A DNA stretch of 39,122 nt from Candidatus Limnocylindrus sp. (lineage in GTDB: Bacteria > Chloroflexota > Limnocylindria > Limnocylindrales > Limnocylindraceae). The DNA lies in contig JBPCTG010000141.1 in assembly GCA_051006395.1 (NCBI GenBank), positions 1 through 39,122 on the forward strand. Direction: 5' to 3'. A model generated the notes under the pieces. That model did no database searches. It was not told the DNA's origin and saw nothing but the letters and a program-made list of their open reading frames with translations. The position numbers were made by a program, and so were the translations under genes. Of this stretch, positions 1 to 9,102 are shown piece after piece. Position 1 is the first letter of the stretch. Every line of letters starts with the position of its first letter.

Positions 1-757
1 CCTCGTACGTTCCCTCACCGGTCTGACCGGCAACAGGGTGTACGACGTCGGCCTTCTGGCTCATGAACTGCTGAGCGGTCGTCTTGCCGAACTCCTTGTT
101 CCCCCACGGGTTATCGCTCGGGGCGAAGGTGCCCTTCTTTGCGACCGGATCCCAGCCGAGGACGGTGACCTTCGTTCCCGTCTTCGAAGCGTAATAGTTC
201 GCGCCTGCTACCCAGCCGTCCATGAAGCGGGTAACTCCGGCGAACGGCTGACCGCCGTAGACGCCGAGGACCTTCGAGGTCGAGATCGCAGCGGCTGCAT
301 AGCCGGCGAGCATCGAAGCCTCGTCGATCTGGAAGTCGAGGCCCGTGAAGTTCGCGGGAACCTCGCCGTCGCCCCAAGTCGAGTCGACCCACGAGAACGC
401 GATCTCAGGATTTGCCTTGGTGGCGGCCACCACGGCCTCACCCTGGCTGAATCCAACGACGATGATCGACTTGCAGTCCTGATCGATCAGGAGCTGGATG
501 TTCTTCGCGTAGTCGGTGGCACCCTTCGCCTCGGAATAGGCAACGGTAAAGCCCTCCTTCTCCGCGTTCTTGAGGCCCTCGTAGGCCGAGTCGTTGAAGC
601 TCTTGTCGCCAATGCCGCCAACGTCAAAGGCGATGCACGCCTTGTAGTCGGCCTTCCCGGCGTCTGCAGAGGCGGACGGCGAAGCCGTCGAACCACCACA
701 GGCAGCAACGAGAAGGGCGAGGATTGCGAGGAGCGCGAGGATTCGCGACTTCTGCAT
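1..757 (-). CDS. BMP-family (PnrA/TmpC-like) ABC substrate-binding lipoprotein, probably nucleoside-binding; runs off window start
   Basis: Not in ORF track; translated by hand from ATG at 757: MQKSRILALLAILALLVAAC (lipobox), then DVGGIGDKSFNDSAYEGL, a typical BMP motif. GGAGGG SD upstream. Confidence 0.88.
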   Translation of the reverse strand, partial: MQKSRILALLAILALLVAACGGSTASPSASADAGKADYKACIAFDVGGIGDKSFNDSAYEGLKNAEKEGFTVAYSEAKGATDYAKNIQLLIDQDCKSIIVVGFSQGEAVVAATKANPEIAFSWVDSTWGDGEVPANFTGLDFQIDEASMLAGYAAAAISTSKVLGVYGGQPFAGVTRFMDGWVAGANYYASKTGTKVTVLGWDPVAKKGTFAPSDNPWGNKEFGKTTAQQFMSQKADVVHPVAGQTGEGTYE

Positions 758-949
758 CTCTTCTGTTCCCTCCGCTAAAACGCTTGTCCGCGAGCAACGC
801 CCACAGACGGGTCGGCAGACGCCGACCGCTGGAGGCATGGTGCCAGAAAGGCGGGTGGAGCGGGAGAGGGGTCGCGCCGCACGTTTTCGTGCGCGTTCGT
901 GCGCGGAGCGTTGGCCGAGTCGGCTACCTCTGCGGGGTCGGGCGCAGTG

Positions 950-2014
950 TTACGAACGGGGCAGAGCGGCAAGGCGGCGCGCCGCCAGCCACGCGTCGAA
1001 CCCAGACAAGAGTCGGGCTCGCGTTCTGTCGTCGAGAAATGCGGCGGCGTATCCCTGGCGTGCGATCTCGATGAGCTGCGCTACCTCCAGGCCGAGCCTG
1101 CGGCGCACGCGCACGTACTCTTCGGAGAGAGTCAGGTCGCTCACCACCAGATCGTCGGTGTTCAGCGTGATGCGAACCCCGTGCGATCGCAGCCGCGCAA
1201 TAGGAAAGTCGCCGTAGCCGGCCACGATCGCCGCCTGCACGTTGCTCGACGGACAGAGGTCGAGCACAACGTTGCGGGCAACGAGTTCGGCGCAGAGTGC
1301 GGCGTCGTCGGCGGCCACCGCACCGTGGGCGATGCGCGCGGGGTGCACCTCGAGGGCGCGGCGGACCTGCGCCGCACCGCCCCACTCTCCGGCATGCAGC
1401 GTGATCGCGAGACCACCTTCGCGCGCGACGTCGAATGCATCGGAGAACTCGAGTGGATCGGGATGCGCCGCCTCGCGACCGGCAAGGTCGAAGGCGACCA
1501 CGCCAAGGTCGCGCGATGCAACGGCGGCGGTGGCGAGGGCGCGATTCGTTGCGGCGTCGTGCGACCGAATCGCGGTGGCGATCAGGCGCACCTCGATCCC
1601 CGTCGCCGCCGTTGCGGCGCTCGCCCCCGATGCTACGGCAGCGATCACCTCGCGCAGCGAGAGCCCCTTTGCGGTGTGCAGCGCGGGGCCCCAACGGAGT
1701 TCGACGTAGGCGACGCCGTCAGCCGCTTTTGCGCGCAACAACGTCTCGCTCGCGCGATGAAGCGCATCGGCATCTTGCAGTAGGGCGATCGGCAGATCGA
1801 AGGCGCGCAACAGGTCGGCCTGGTCGAGGCAGCGCTGAGGGGCGACGAGTGCGGTGCGCATCCCGGCCCAATCGCGCGGCGCATCGACTCCACGGCTTGT
1901 CGCAAGCTCTAGTGCCAGTGCGGGATCGAGTGAACCGTCAAGGTGCAGGTGCAGCTCTGGCTTTGGCATTGAAGTGAGGAGGCGAAGGTCGTCGTCCGCG
2001 CGTTCGAAGTGCAT
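950..2014 (-). CDS. add: Adenosine deaminase
   Basis: PKPELHLHLDGS, TLHAGE, RIAHG, CPSSN and NTDD motifs. Start trimmed from ORF 950..2923 to ATG 2014, which has GGAGGGGAG upstream (alternative ATG 2026). Confidence 0.9.
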   Translation of the reverse strand: MHFERADDDLRLLTSMPKPELHLHLDGSLDPALALELATSRGVDAPRDWAGMRTALVAPQRCLDQADLLRAFDLPIALLQDADALHRASETLLRAKAADGVAYVELRWGPALHTAKGLSLREVIAAVASGASAATAATGIEVRLIATAIRSHDAATNRALATAAVASRDLGVVAFDLAGREAAHPDPLEFSDAFDVAREGGLAITLHAGEWGGAAQVRRALEVHPARIAHGAVAADDAALCAELVARNVVLDLCPSSNVQAAIVAGYGDFPIARLRSHGVRITLNTDDLVVSDLTLSEEYVRVRRRLGLEVAQLIEIARQGYAAAFLDDRTRARLLSGFDAWLAARRLAALPRS

Positions 2015-2125
2015 CTCCCCTCCCATCTGCGCTGCTCCGCGCTCCTGCTCTCGCCCGCTCATGCTCACATCCAGATTTTGCGCCCAACTCGTGCGCACTC
2101 GCGTCGTCAGGAGGATACTCCCCCC

Positions 2126-3061
2126 ATGCAAACGAACCTCCCCAGCGCCACTGACTCCCGCGCGCTCGGCGCCTGGCTCCGCGAGGTGACGCTGGTCGAC
2201 CGCGTTGGCATCGAGGAGCGTGTTGCGGCGCTCAAGACGCGCTCGATCAAGAAGGGGTCGAAGGTTTGGGCGCTGCGCCTTGCGATCAGCATGTGCGACA
2301 TCACCACCCTGGAGGGGAAGGACACGCCTGGAAAGATTCGCCAGCTCGCTACGAAGGCGATGCGACCGCATCCGGGAGACGCGAGAGTCCCCGCCGTAGC
2401 GGCCCTCTGCTGCTACCCCGACCTCGCGGGCGTCGCCAAGGAGGCGCTCGCCGGCAGCTCCGTCAAGGTTGCCGCCGTCGCAACGGCGTTCCCGAGCGGA
2501 CGGTCGTGGATCGAGATGAAGGTCGCAGAGACACGCGCCGCGGTGGCAGCCGGTGCTGACGAGATCGATATGGTGATCGACCGGGGTGCGTTCCTCTCTG
2601 GCGACTACGCAAAGGTATGGGACGAGATCGTTGCGGTGAAAGAGGCGTGCGGCCCGGCTCATCTCAAGGTGATCCTCGAGACGGGCGAACTCGGCAGCTA
2701 CGACGATGTGCGCCGCGCCTCCGGGCTCGCGATCGCCGCTGGGGCTGACTTCATCAAGACGTCGACGGGGAAGGTCTCCCCCGCCGCGACACTGCCGGTC
2801 ACCCTGGTGATGCTCGAGACAATTCGCGAGCACTGGAACCGCACCGGAAAGATCGTCGGCATGAAACCGGCGGGCGGGATTCGCACTGCGAAGGAGGCGA
2901 TCCAGTACCTCGTCCTCGTGCACGAGACGCTCGGGCCAGACTGGCTCACCCCCGACCGCTTCCGCTTCGGTGCGTCGAGCCTGGTGAACGATCTGCTGAT
3001 GCAGCTCGAAAAAGAGGCGACCGGCGCCTACGCCGACCCCGACGACTTCACGATCGACTGA
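2126..3061 (+). CDS. deoC: Deoxyribose-phosphate aldolase (long type)
   Basis: DITTLEG, GADEIDMVI, LKVILETGEL, DFIKTSTGK, KPAGGIR and FRFGASSL motifs. AGGAGG SD at 2109-2114 before ATG 2126. Confidence 0.95.
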   Translation: MQTNLPSATDSRALGAWLREVTLVDRVGIEERVAALKTRSIKKGSKVWALRLAISMCDITTLEGKDTPGKIRQLATKAMRPHPGDARVPAVAALCCYPDLAGVAKEALAGSSVKVAAVATAFPSGRSWIEMKVAETRAAVAAGADEIDMVIDRGAFLSGDYAKVWDEIVAVKEACGPAHLKVILETGELGSYDDVRRASGLAIAAGADFIKTSTGKVSPAATLPVTLVMLETIREHWNRTGKIVGMKPAGGIRTAKEAIQYLVLVHETLGPDWLTPDRFRFGASSLVNDLLMQLEKEATGAYADPDDFTID

Positions 3062-3112
3062 GCTCGTTGCCCTAGCCGCTTAGCCAGCGCTACGCAGCGC
3101 GCTACGCCGAGG

Positions 3113-4162
3113 CTACGAACCGACCGGGTGCCAGACCGTCTTCATCTCCAGGAAGGCGGTGATCCCATCAATGCGTTCGCCGCGCGCCCCATCGTGCGCT
3201 GAGGCATCGTCATTGGCGCCGCGCGGGCGGCGCGCCACGCGCGCAACGTGCTCGGCAGCGCCGCGCTCCGCCTCGACGAGGAGCGAGTCGGGGCAGCCCC
3301 ACAAGTCGAAGCCATCGATATCGGCGTGACGAACAAGGTGCGAGATCAGCTCGTCGCGACGACCGGTGAGGATCGAGACGACCCCTGCGGGGAGGTCGCT
3401 CACGGCGAGCGTCTCAGCGAGAGTCACAGCGGGAAGCGGCGCCGACTCGCTGGCGAGAACGATCGCGACGTTGCCGCCGGCGAGCACTCCGCCGAGTCGC
3501 GTCACCAAGCCGAGAAGCGGCGATGCCTCTGGAGCGAGGATCGCGACCACACCGGTCGGCTCTGGGATCGTGAAGACAAAGTGTGACGAGGCGACGGGAT
3601 TGGTGCCTCCGAGAACGCTCGCCAACTTGTCGGTCCATCCGGCGAACCAGACGAAGCGATCGATCGCGTCGGTAACCTCTTGTGCCGCAGCGCGGCGACC
3701 GCGGCCGCAAGCGATCAGATCCGCCTCAAATTGCGCGGCGCGACCCTCCATGAGCTCCGCAACGCGATAGAGGATCTGGCCGCGCAGCATCGCGCCGCGA
3801 CCGGCCCACGGTTCTGCGGCACCACGCGCAACGCGTACCGCCTCACGCAAATCCTTTCGTGAGGCACGCGCAATGTTTGCGCTGCTACCGCCGGCGATTC
3901 GCAGCGTGTCGGTGCGCCCCGATTCGCTGCGCGGGAATGCGCCGCCGATGTAGAGCTTCGCCGTGCGACGCACCTCAATGCGCGTGTCGCTCGCAGCGAC
4001 GTTACGAGTCTTCTCCGCTGATGTAACGGCATGTGTTTTGACCCTCGTCGGCTCACTCCGGCGCTCTGGCGCGGGGGCTGCCTCGAGCGCCGCGATGAGC
4101 GGACTCACCGGCGGCAGCGGAATCGATCCGCGCTCAATCCGTTTTGACTTCTTCTTCCCCAT
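3113..4162 (-). CDS. Short aldehyde dehydrogenase-like protein with NAD-binding fold only and no catalytic Cys domain (ALDH16 C-terminal-like)
   Basis: TAKLYIGG, RGQILYRVAE, WFAGWTDK, EPTGVV, DLPAGVVSILTG and C-terminal KTVWHPVG. No ELGG, GQxC or EEIFGP motif. Confidence 0.8.
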   Translation of the reverse strand: MGKKKSKRIERGSIPLPPVSPLIAALEAAPAPERRSEPTRVKTHAVTSAEKTRNVAASDTRIEVRRTAKLYIGGAFPRSESGRTDTLRIAGGSSANIARASRKDLREAVRVARGAAEPWAGRGAMLRGQILYRVAELMEGRAAQFEADLIACGRGRRAAAQEVTDAIDRFVWFAGWTDKLASVLGGTNPVASSHFVFTIPEPTGVVAILAPEASPLLGLVTRLGGVLAGGNVAIVLASESAPLPAVTLAETLAVSDLPAGVVSILTGRRDELISHLVRHADIDGFDLWGCPDSLLVEAERGAAEHVARVARRPRGANDDASAHDGARGERIDGITAFLEMKTVWHPVGS

Positions 4163-4181
4163 GCTCAGCGGCTTCCCATGG

Positions 4182-5717
4182 TCAGCTCATCCGCAGGTAG
4201 GCGTGCAACCCTTGCACGCCTCCCTCGCGCCCGTATCCCGACTCTTTGTAGCCGCCGAACGGTGCGGTCGGATCGAAGCGATTGAAGGTGTTCGCCCACA
4301 CGACCCCCGCCTTGAGGCGCGCGGCGACGTCGAGGATGCGGCTCCCCTTCTCGGTCCAGATCCCGGCGGAGAGCCCGTATGCGGTGTTGTTCGCCTTCTC
4401 GATCGCCTCGTCGATGGTGCGGAAGGTGATCGCCGCGAGCACCGGCCCGAAGATCTCCTCGCGTGCGATGCGATGGCTCTGCGCGACGCCGGTAAAGAGC
4501 GTCGGGCGAAAGAACCAGCCGCGCGACGGAAGGTCACAGGCGGGCTGCCAGAGATCGGCCCCCTCCGCGACGCCGCTCGCCACGAGTTCGGCGATCTTCT
4601 CCATCTGATCGCGTGAGTTAATTGCGCCGACGTCAGTGTTCTTGTCCATTGGATCGCCGACGCGCAACATTCCCATGCGGTCGCGGAGGCGGGCGATGAA
4701 CTCGTCGGCGATCGATTCCTGCACGAGGAGGCGGCTTCCGGCGCAGCAGACCTCGCCCTGATTGAAGAAGATCCCGTTGATCACCCCCTCTACCGCCTGG
4801 TCGAGCGCCGCGTCGTCGAAGACGATGTTCGCCGCCTTGCCGCCGAGCTCCAAGGTGAGCGCCTTCCCCTGCCCCGCGATCCCTTGGGCGATCTTGATGC
4901 CGACCGTGGTGCTCCCGGTAAAGGCAACCTTTGCGATGCGCGGATCGGTGAGGATCGACATGCCGGTGCTCCCTGGACCGGTGACGATGTTCACCACGCC
5001 GTCGGGGAGCTCCGCCTGGCGGCAGACGTCGGCGAAGAGGAGTGCAGTGAGCGGGGTGGTCGAGGCCGGCTTCAACACCACGGTGTTCCCTGCGGCAAGC
5101 GCAGGGGCGATCTTCCAAGCGAGCATCAGCAGTGGGAAGTTCCAGGGGATCACCTGGCCAACGACGCCAAGCGACTCAGGGCTGCGTCCAGGGACAGCGT
5201 AGTCGAGCTTGTCAGCCCAACCGGCGTAATACCAGAAGTGCGCGGCTGCCAGCGGCACGTCGACGTCGCGCGACTCGCGGATCGGCTTCCCGGAGTCGAG
5301 CGTCTCGGTGACCGCGAACTCGCGGCTGCGCTCCTGCATGATCCGGCTGATGCGATAGAGGTACTTCGCCCGCTCACGCGGTGCGAGTCGCGACCAGACC
5401 TTTCGATGCGCGCGCTCCGCCGCCTCGACGGCGCGATCGGCATCGGCGGGAGAGCCCTTGGCAATTTCGGCGAGCGGCTCCTCAGTCGCCGGGTTGTAGG
5501 TGACCGTTACCTCCCCATCGATCGGCGCGCGCTCGCGCCCGTCGATGAAGAGTCCGTAGCGCGGTCGAATGGAGACGATCTCGCGCGACTCGGGGGCTGG
5601 GGCGTAGGACCACGGCGTGGTGGCGGCAAGCGCCGATGCCGCGCGCGGCGCACTCGCCGCGCCCCCCGCCGGCGTCACTCCAGCTGGGCGTCGCGACGTT
5701 GGCTTGCGAGGGCTCAT
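4182..5717 (-). CDS. Aldehyde dehydrogenase (deoC-associated, ALDH16 N-terminal-like)
   Basis: IPWNFP, LKPA, FTGST, LELGGK, FNQGEVCCAG, EEIFGPV and PFGGYKESG motifs. Confidence 0.93.
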   Translation of the reverse strand: MSPRKPTSRRPAGVTPAGGAASAPRAASALAATTPWSYAPAPESREIVSIRPRYGLFIDGRERAPIDGEVTVTYNPATEEPLAEIAKGSPADADRAVEAAERAHRKVWSRLAPRERAKYLYRISRIMQERSREFAVTETLDSGKPIRESRDVDVPLAAAHFWYYAGWADKLDYAVPGRSPESLGVVGQVIPWNFPLLMLAWKIAPALAAGNTVVLKPASTTPLTALLFADVCRQAELPDGVVNIVTGPGSTGMSILTDPRIAKVAFTGSTTVGIKIAQGIAGQGKALTLELGGKAANIVFDDAALDQAVEGVINGIFFNQGEVCCAGSRLLVQESIADEFIARLRDRMGMLRVGDPMDKNTDVGAINSRDQMEKIAELVASGVAEGADLWQPACDLPSRGWFFRPTLFTGVAQSHRIAREEIFGPVLAAITFRTIDEAIEKANNTAYGLSAGIWTEKGSRILDVAARLKAGVVWANTFNRFDPTAPFGGYKESGYGREGGVQGLHAYLRMS

Positions 5718-5723
5718 GGGTGA

Positions 5724-5729
5724 ATCCTA
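5724..5729 (-). promoter_or_regulatory. -10 element TAGGAT, 6 nt before ATG 5717 (probable leaderless transcript)
   Basis: Minus strand reads TAGGAT-TCACCC-ATG; no SD. Confidence 0.6.
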
Positions 5730-5781
5730 GCGCGGAGCGCCCGCCTCTCGCGACGCGGTAGCCCGCGCGGCGCTCGGTCGC

Positions 5782-5787
5782 TACGCT
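5782..5787 (+). promoter_or_regulatory. -10 element TACGCT, 6 nt before ATG 5794 (probable leaderless transcript)
   Basis: TACGCT-TGGCCC-ATG; no SD. Confidence 0.6.
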
Positions 5788-5793
5788 TGGCCC

Positions 5794-7335
5794 ATGACAC
5801 CTCCAAGGCCAGCGGGCTCATCGCCAGCGCGCCCCCCCTTCACCCCGCAACTTCTCATCGGCGGCGAGTCACGTCCCGCCGAGGGCGACCGACGCTTCGA
5901 CCTGCGCCACCCCGCAAGCGGCGCGGTGATCGGCGCGATCCCGCACGCCTCTGCAAGCGACGTTGCCGCCGCCATCGCCGCCGCGCGACGCGCCTTTGAC
6001 GAGGGAGCGTGGCCGCGCATGACGCCGGCCGATCGCGCCCTGCTGATCCTGCGACTCGCCGACGCGGTCGAACGCGAGGTCGAATCCATTGCCGACGCCG
6101 AGGCGTGGCAGACCGGCACGGCGCGCAAGTTGCGCCGCGACTCCGACCTTCCTGCCGCCGTCGATCATCTCCGCTTCTTCGCCGGCGTGCTGCGCAGCCC
6201 CGAAGGACGCGCCGCGTCAGAGTTCAGCGGCAACCACACCTCGATGATTCGCCGCGAACCGATCGGCGTGGCTGCGCTGATCGCGCCGTGGAACTACCCC
6301 TTCGCCATGGCGATCTGGCAGGCCGCCCCAGCGCTCGCAGCAGGAAACTGCGTCGTGATGAAGCCGGCGAGCGCAACGCCACTCACCGCGATCAGATTCG
6401 CCGAACTCGCGCGCGAGGTCGGCTTCCCCGACGGCGTCGTCAACGTGATCACCGGCCCAGGCGCTGAGATCGGCGCGATCTTCGCCTCCGATCCACGCGT
6501 CGACATGATCACCCTCACCGGCGACAGTGCAACGGGCCGTTGGCTGATGGCCGCCTCGGCACCAACGCTCAAGCGCTTGCACTTAGAGCTCGGAGGCAAA
6601 GCGCCGTTCGTCGTCTTCGATGACGCCGAGGTAGAGGTTGCGGCGCGTGGCGCAGTGATCGGCGCATTCGTGAACGCAGGGCAAGATTGCACCGCGGCGA
6701 CTCGCGTCTATGCCGAGAAGGCGATCCACGACCGCCTCGTTGCCCGCATCGCCGAACTCACCCGTGAGATTCGCGTGGGCGATCCGTTCGCTCCCTCTAC
6801 CGACATGGGATCGCTTATCTCCATCGCCCAACGCGATCGCGTCGCCGGATTTGTTGAACGCGCGATTGCAGCCGGGGCAGCGGCGCTCACTGGTGGTGCC
6901 GTAGCGGCACCGAAGGGGTTGGAGGGCGGCGCCTTCTATGCGCCGACGATCCTGACTGGATGCGCGCAGTCGAGCGAAATGGTGCAGCAAGAGGTCTTCG
7001 GGCCGGTACTTGCAATCTTGCCGTTTGAGGGTGAGGCCGAAGCGGTGCGACTCGCGAACGACACGCCCTACGGGCTCGCGGGGAGCGTTTGGACGCGTGA
7101 CGTGCGTCGCGCCCATCGCGTCGCTGCGGCGCTGCGTTTCGGTGCGGTACTCGTCAACGACCATCTGCCATTCATGAGCGAGATGCCGCACGGAGGCTTC
7201 AAGCAGTCTGGCTTCGGAAAAGATCTCAGTCACTACTCCTTCGAGGAGTACACCCAGGTGAAGCATGTCGCCATCGAGCTGACCGGCGAAGCGGTGAAGC
7301 CGTGGCACTGGACGATCTCTGGGGATCGTCCGTAG
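5794..7335 (+). CDS. patD: Aldehyde dehydrogenase, probably gamma-aminobutyraldehyde dehydrogenase
   Basis: [54 protein letters not shown] and YTQVKHV, characteristic of the ABALDH/PatD subfamily. Confidence 0.8.
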   Translation: MTPPRPAGSSPARPPFTPQLLIGGESRPAEGDRRFDLRHPASGAVIGAIPHASASDVAAAIAAARRAFDEGAWPRMTPADRALLILRLADAVEREVESIADAEAWQTGTARKLRRDSDLPAAVDHLRFFAGVLRSPEGRAASEFSGNHTSMIRREPIGVAALIAPWNYPFAMAIWQAAPALAAGNCVVMKPASATPLTAIRFAELAREVGFPDGVVNVITGPGAEIGAIFASDPRVDMITLTGDSATGRWLMAASAPTLKRLHLELGGKAPFVVFDDAEVEVAARGAVIGAFVNAGQDCTAATRVYAEKAIHDRLVARIAELTREIRVGDPFAPSTDMGSLISIAQRDRVAGFVERAIAAGAAALTGGAVAAPKGLEGGAFYAPTILTGCAQSSEMVQQEVFGPVLAILPFEGEAEAVRLANDTPYGLAGSVWTRDVRRAHRVAAALRFGAVLVNDHLPFMSEMPHGGFKQSGFGKDLSHYSFEEYTQVKHVAIELTGEAVKPWHWTISGDRP

Positions 7336-7408
7336 CAACCACCCTTACGCGCCGCGCCGGTTCACTCGCGCGCAAGCGCAGACGCGCTAGACGCGAGGCG
7401 CGCAAACC

Positions 7409-7813
7409 TCAACCGCCGAAGAGGATCTCCAGCCATCGCTCGAGTGGTGACTGATTGACCCTTGGAGTTGCAAGGCGGCGGGCGGCAGATCCAGGGGCGT
7501 CGATCGGCAGCTCTGGAGCATCGGCGGTGAGGGCAAAGGGATGCTCAAGTGGCGAGCCGAGGCCGTAGCCGCGAGCGAGTAGTTCCAAGAAGGCTCGGTC
7601 CCCGAGAAGGAGTCGCTCCGCGGCGAGCGCGTCAACCTGCTCCTGCAGCGCTGCATTCTCGTTGCGGAGTCGATCGACGGCGGCGCGCGCGTCAAGCGCC
7701 CCGATCAGGCTGCGCGCAAACGTCGCGATGAAAACCAGTGCAACGGCAGCGGCGGCGATGAGAGCGACACGATCGCGAAGTCCCGGCGCCGAGAAGATCG
7801 AGCGAACCTTCAT
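7409..7813 (-). CDS. Septum formation initiator (FtsB/DivIC-like) protein
   Basis: From ATG 7813 (MKVRSIF): one TM helix, a coiled coil (LRNENAALQEQVDAL), then FLELLARGYGLGSPLE resembling the DivIC E..AR..lG...pgE motif. Confidence 0.7.
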   Translation of the reverse strand: MKVRSIFSAPGLRDRVALIAAAAVALVFIATFARSLIGALDARAAVDRLRNENAALQEQVDALAAERLLLGDRAFLELLARGYGLGSPLEHPFALTADAPELPIDAPGSAARRLATPRVNQSPLERWLEILFGG

Positions 7814-7869
7814 GGAACGAGTCTGCCCGCGAGGCGGCCGAAGGTCAAGCAGGGGGAATGGGTGGGGTG

Positions 7870-7875
7870 TAGGCT
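7870..7875 (+). promoter_or_regulatory. -10 element TAGGCT, 6 nt before GTG 7882 (probable leaderless transcript)
   Basis: TAGGCT-GCCGCC-GTG. Confidence 0.6.
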
Positions 7876-7881
7876 GCCGCC

Positions 7882-8307
7882 GTGCATTTCTATGAGATCC
7901 ATGAGGCCGATGAGGAGTTGCTTCTTGGGGTGACGCTCGCCCACGAGGAGCGTTTCTCGCCGCCCGAATTCCTCGCCATGGTCGAGGAGGCGCGAGGGCG
8001 GGTGATTGAATCCTTTGAGGAAGATTCGCTTGTGGAGGCGATCGCGCGGGAGCTGGAGCGCGCGCATGGCTTCTACCCGGCGCTTGACCGCGCCCTTCAG
8101 GCGGCAGTTTCGATTTCGACTGAGGAGGGCGAGACGGCACTCCTCCCAGTTGGCGACCAAGCGCGAGCAGCGATGTCAGACGATGAAGACGAGGCGCTTG
8201 AGATCGACCACGACCTACAGGACGCAGAAGACCTTCTTGCCGGACGCCCGCCACGTCGCCTGCGCACGGCGATCGTGGATCTCGAGCTCGACGAGAGCGA
8301 CACATAG
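7882..8307 (+). CDS. Hypothetical highly acidic protein
   Basis: Protein-like composition unlike shadow ORFs; fills the gap; has a -10 at leaderless spacing; stop abuts the next gene. Confidence 0.75.
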   Translation: MHFYEIHEADEELLLGVTLAHEERFSPPEFLAMVEEARGRVIESFEEDSLVEAIARELERAHGFYPALDRALQAAVSISTEEGETALLPVGDQARAAMSDDEDEALEIDHDLQDAEDLLAGRPPRRLRTAIVDLELDESDT

Positions 8308-9102
8308 GTGGCGAGCAATTCGGTGTACGCCTGCACAGGTGCCGAGTCTCGGCCATTACTGATCGTGACGGCACTCGATGCGGAGCGCGCGCCGATCGAG
8401 GGGCTCGCGACTGGGCTGACGCGTCGAGTTCTGCGTGCTGGTGGCGACGAAGATCTTCTCATCGGAGCGATCAACGGCATTGCCGTCGCGCTCTTACGCT
8501 GCGGTGTAGGTAAGCTCTCCGCCGCGCTCGCAACGACCAGCGCGATGGAACTCTCCCCACGAGGAGTCATCTCCGTAGGATCTGCCGCATCGCTGCACCC
8601 TGGATTCGCAATCGGCGACGTGGTGATCTCCAACGAAGTGTTGCAGCATGATTTTGGCGCCGCGCGCAGTGGCGGCTTCGACCTCTTCGGTTATGGTGCG
8701 CCACTCCCCTCTGCTGGCGATCCACGCATTCGGGCCGCAGAGCGGCTCGGGGCAGGAGCGCTCGCGGCGGCGAGCAGCGTTGCCGAGCAACTCATCGACC
8801 CGGCAGGTACAGGAAAGGCAATGCGTCTCTCCCGCGGCGTGATCGCCACCGGCGATGCCTTCATCAACGACCACGCAACACGCGACGCGATCCAGGCACG
8901 AACCGGGGCCGACGTAGTCGAAATGGAGGGGGCGGCGGTCGCCTACGTTGCGACACGACACGGCACTCCATGGCTCGTCGTTCGCAGCGTTTCAGACGCA
9001 GGTGACGGCGGCGCCGACGTGTCGTTCGACCGTTACCTGCCGATCGCCGCGCAGAATGCGGCGACGGTCGTTGCGGCGATCCTCCCCGCCTTCAGCGCCT
9101 AG
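8308..9102 (+). CDS. mtnN: 5'-methylthioadenosine/S-adenosylhomocysteine nucleosidase
   Basis: CGVGK, GSAASL, IGDVVIS..VLQHD, ATGDAFI, VEMEGAAVA and VRSVSDAGD motifs. Exact start uncertain. Confidence 0.85.
   Translation: MASNSVYACTGAESRPLLIVTALDAERAPIEGLATGLTRRVLRAGGDEDLLIGAINGIAVALLRCGVGKLSAALATTSAMELSPRGVISVGSAASLHPGFAIGDVVISNEVLQHDFGAARSGGFDLFGYGAPLPSAGDPRIRAAERLGAGALAAASSVAEQLIDPAGTGKAMRLSRGVIATGDAFINDHATRDAIQARTGADVVEMEGAAVAYVATRHGTPWLVVRSVSDAGDGGADVSFDRYLPIAAQNAATVVAAILPAFSA

Noticed and set aside
38-778. 246-aa plus-strand ORF and the many other long Arg/Ala/Ser-rich overlapping ORFs
   Set aside because: These are antisense or off-frame shadows of real genes, expected at this GC content; this one mirrors the BMP gene.
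950-2923. 657-aa 'extended' adenosine deaminase
   Set aside because: The N-terminal ~300 aa is the antisense shadow of deoC; an SD-supported start lies at 2014.
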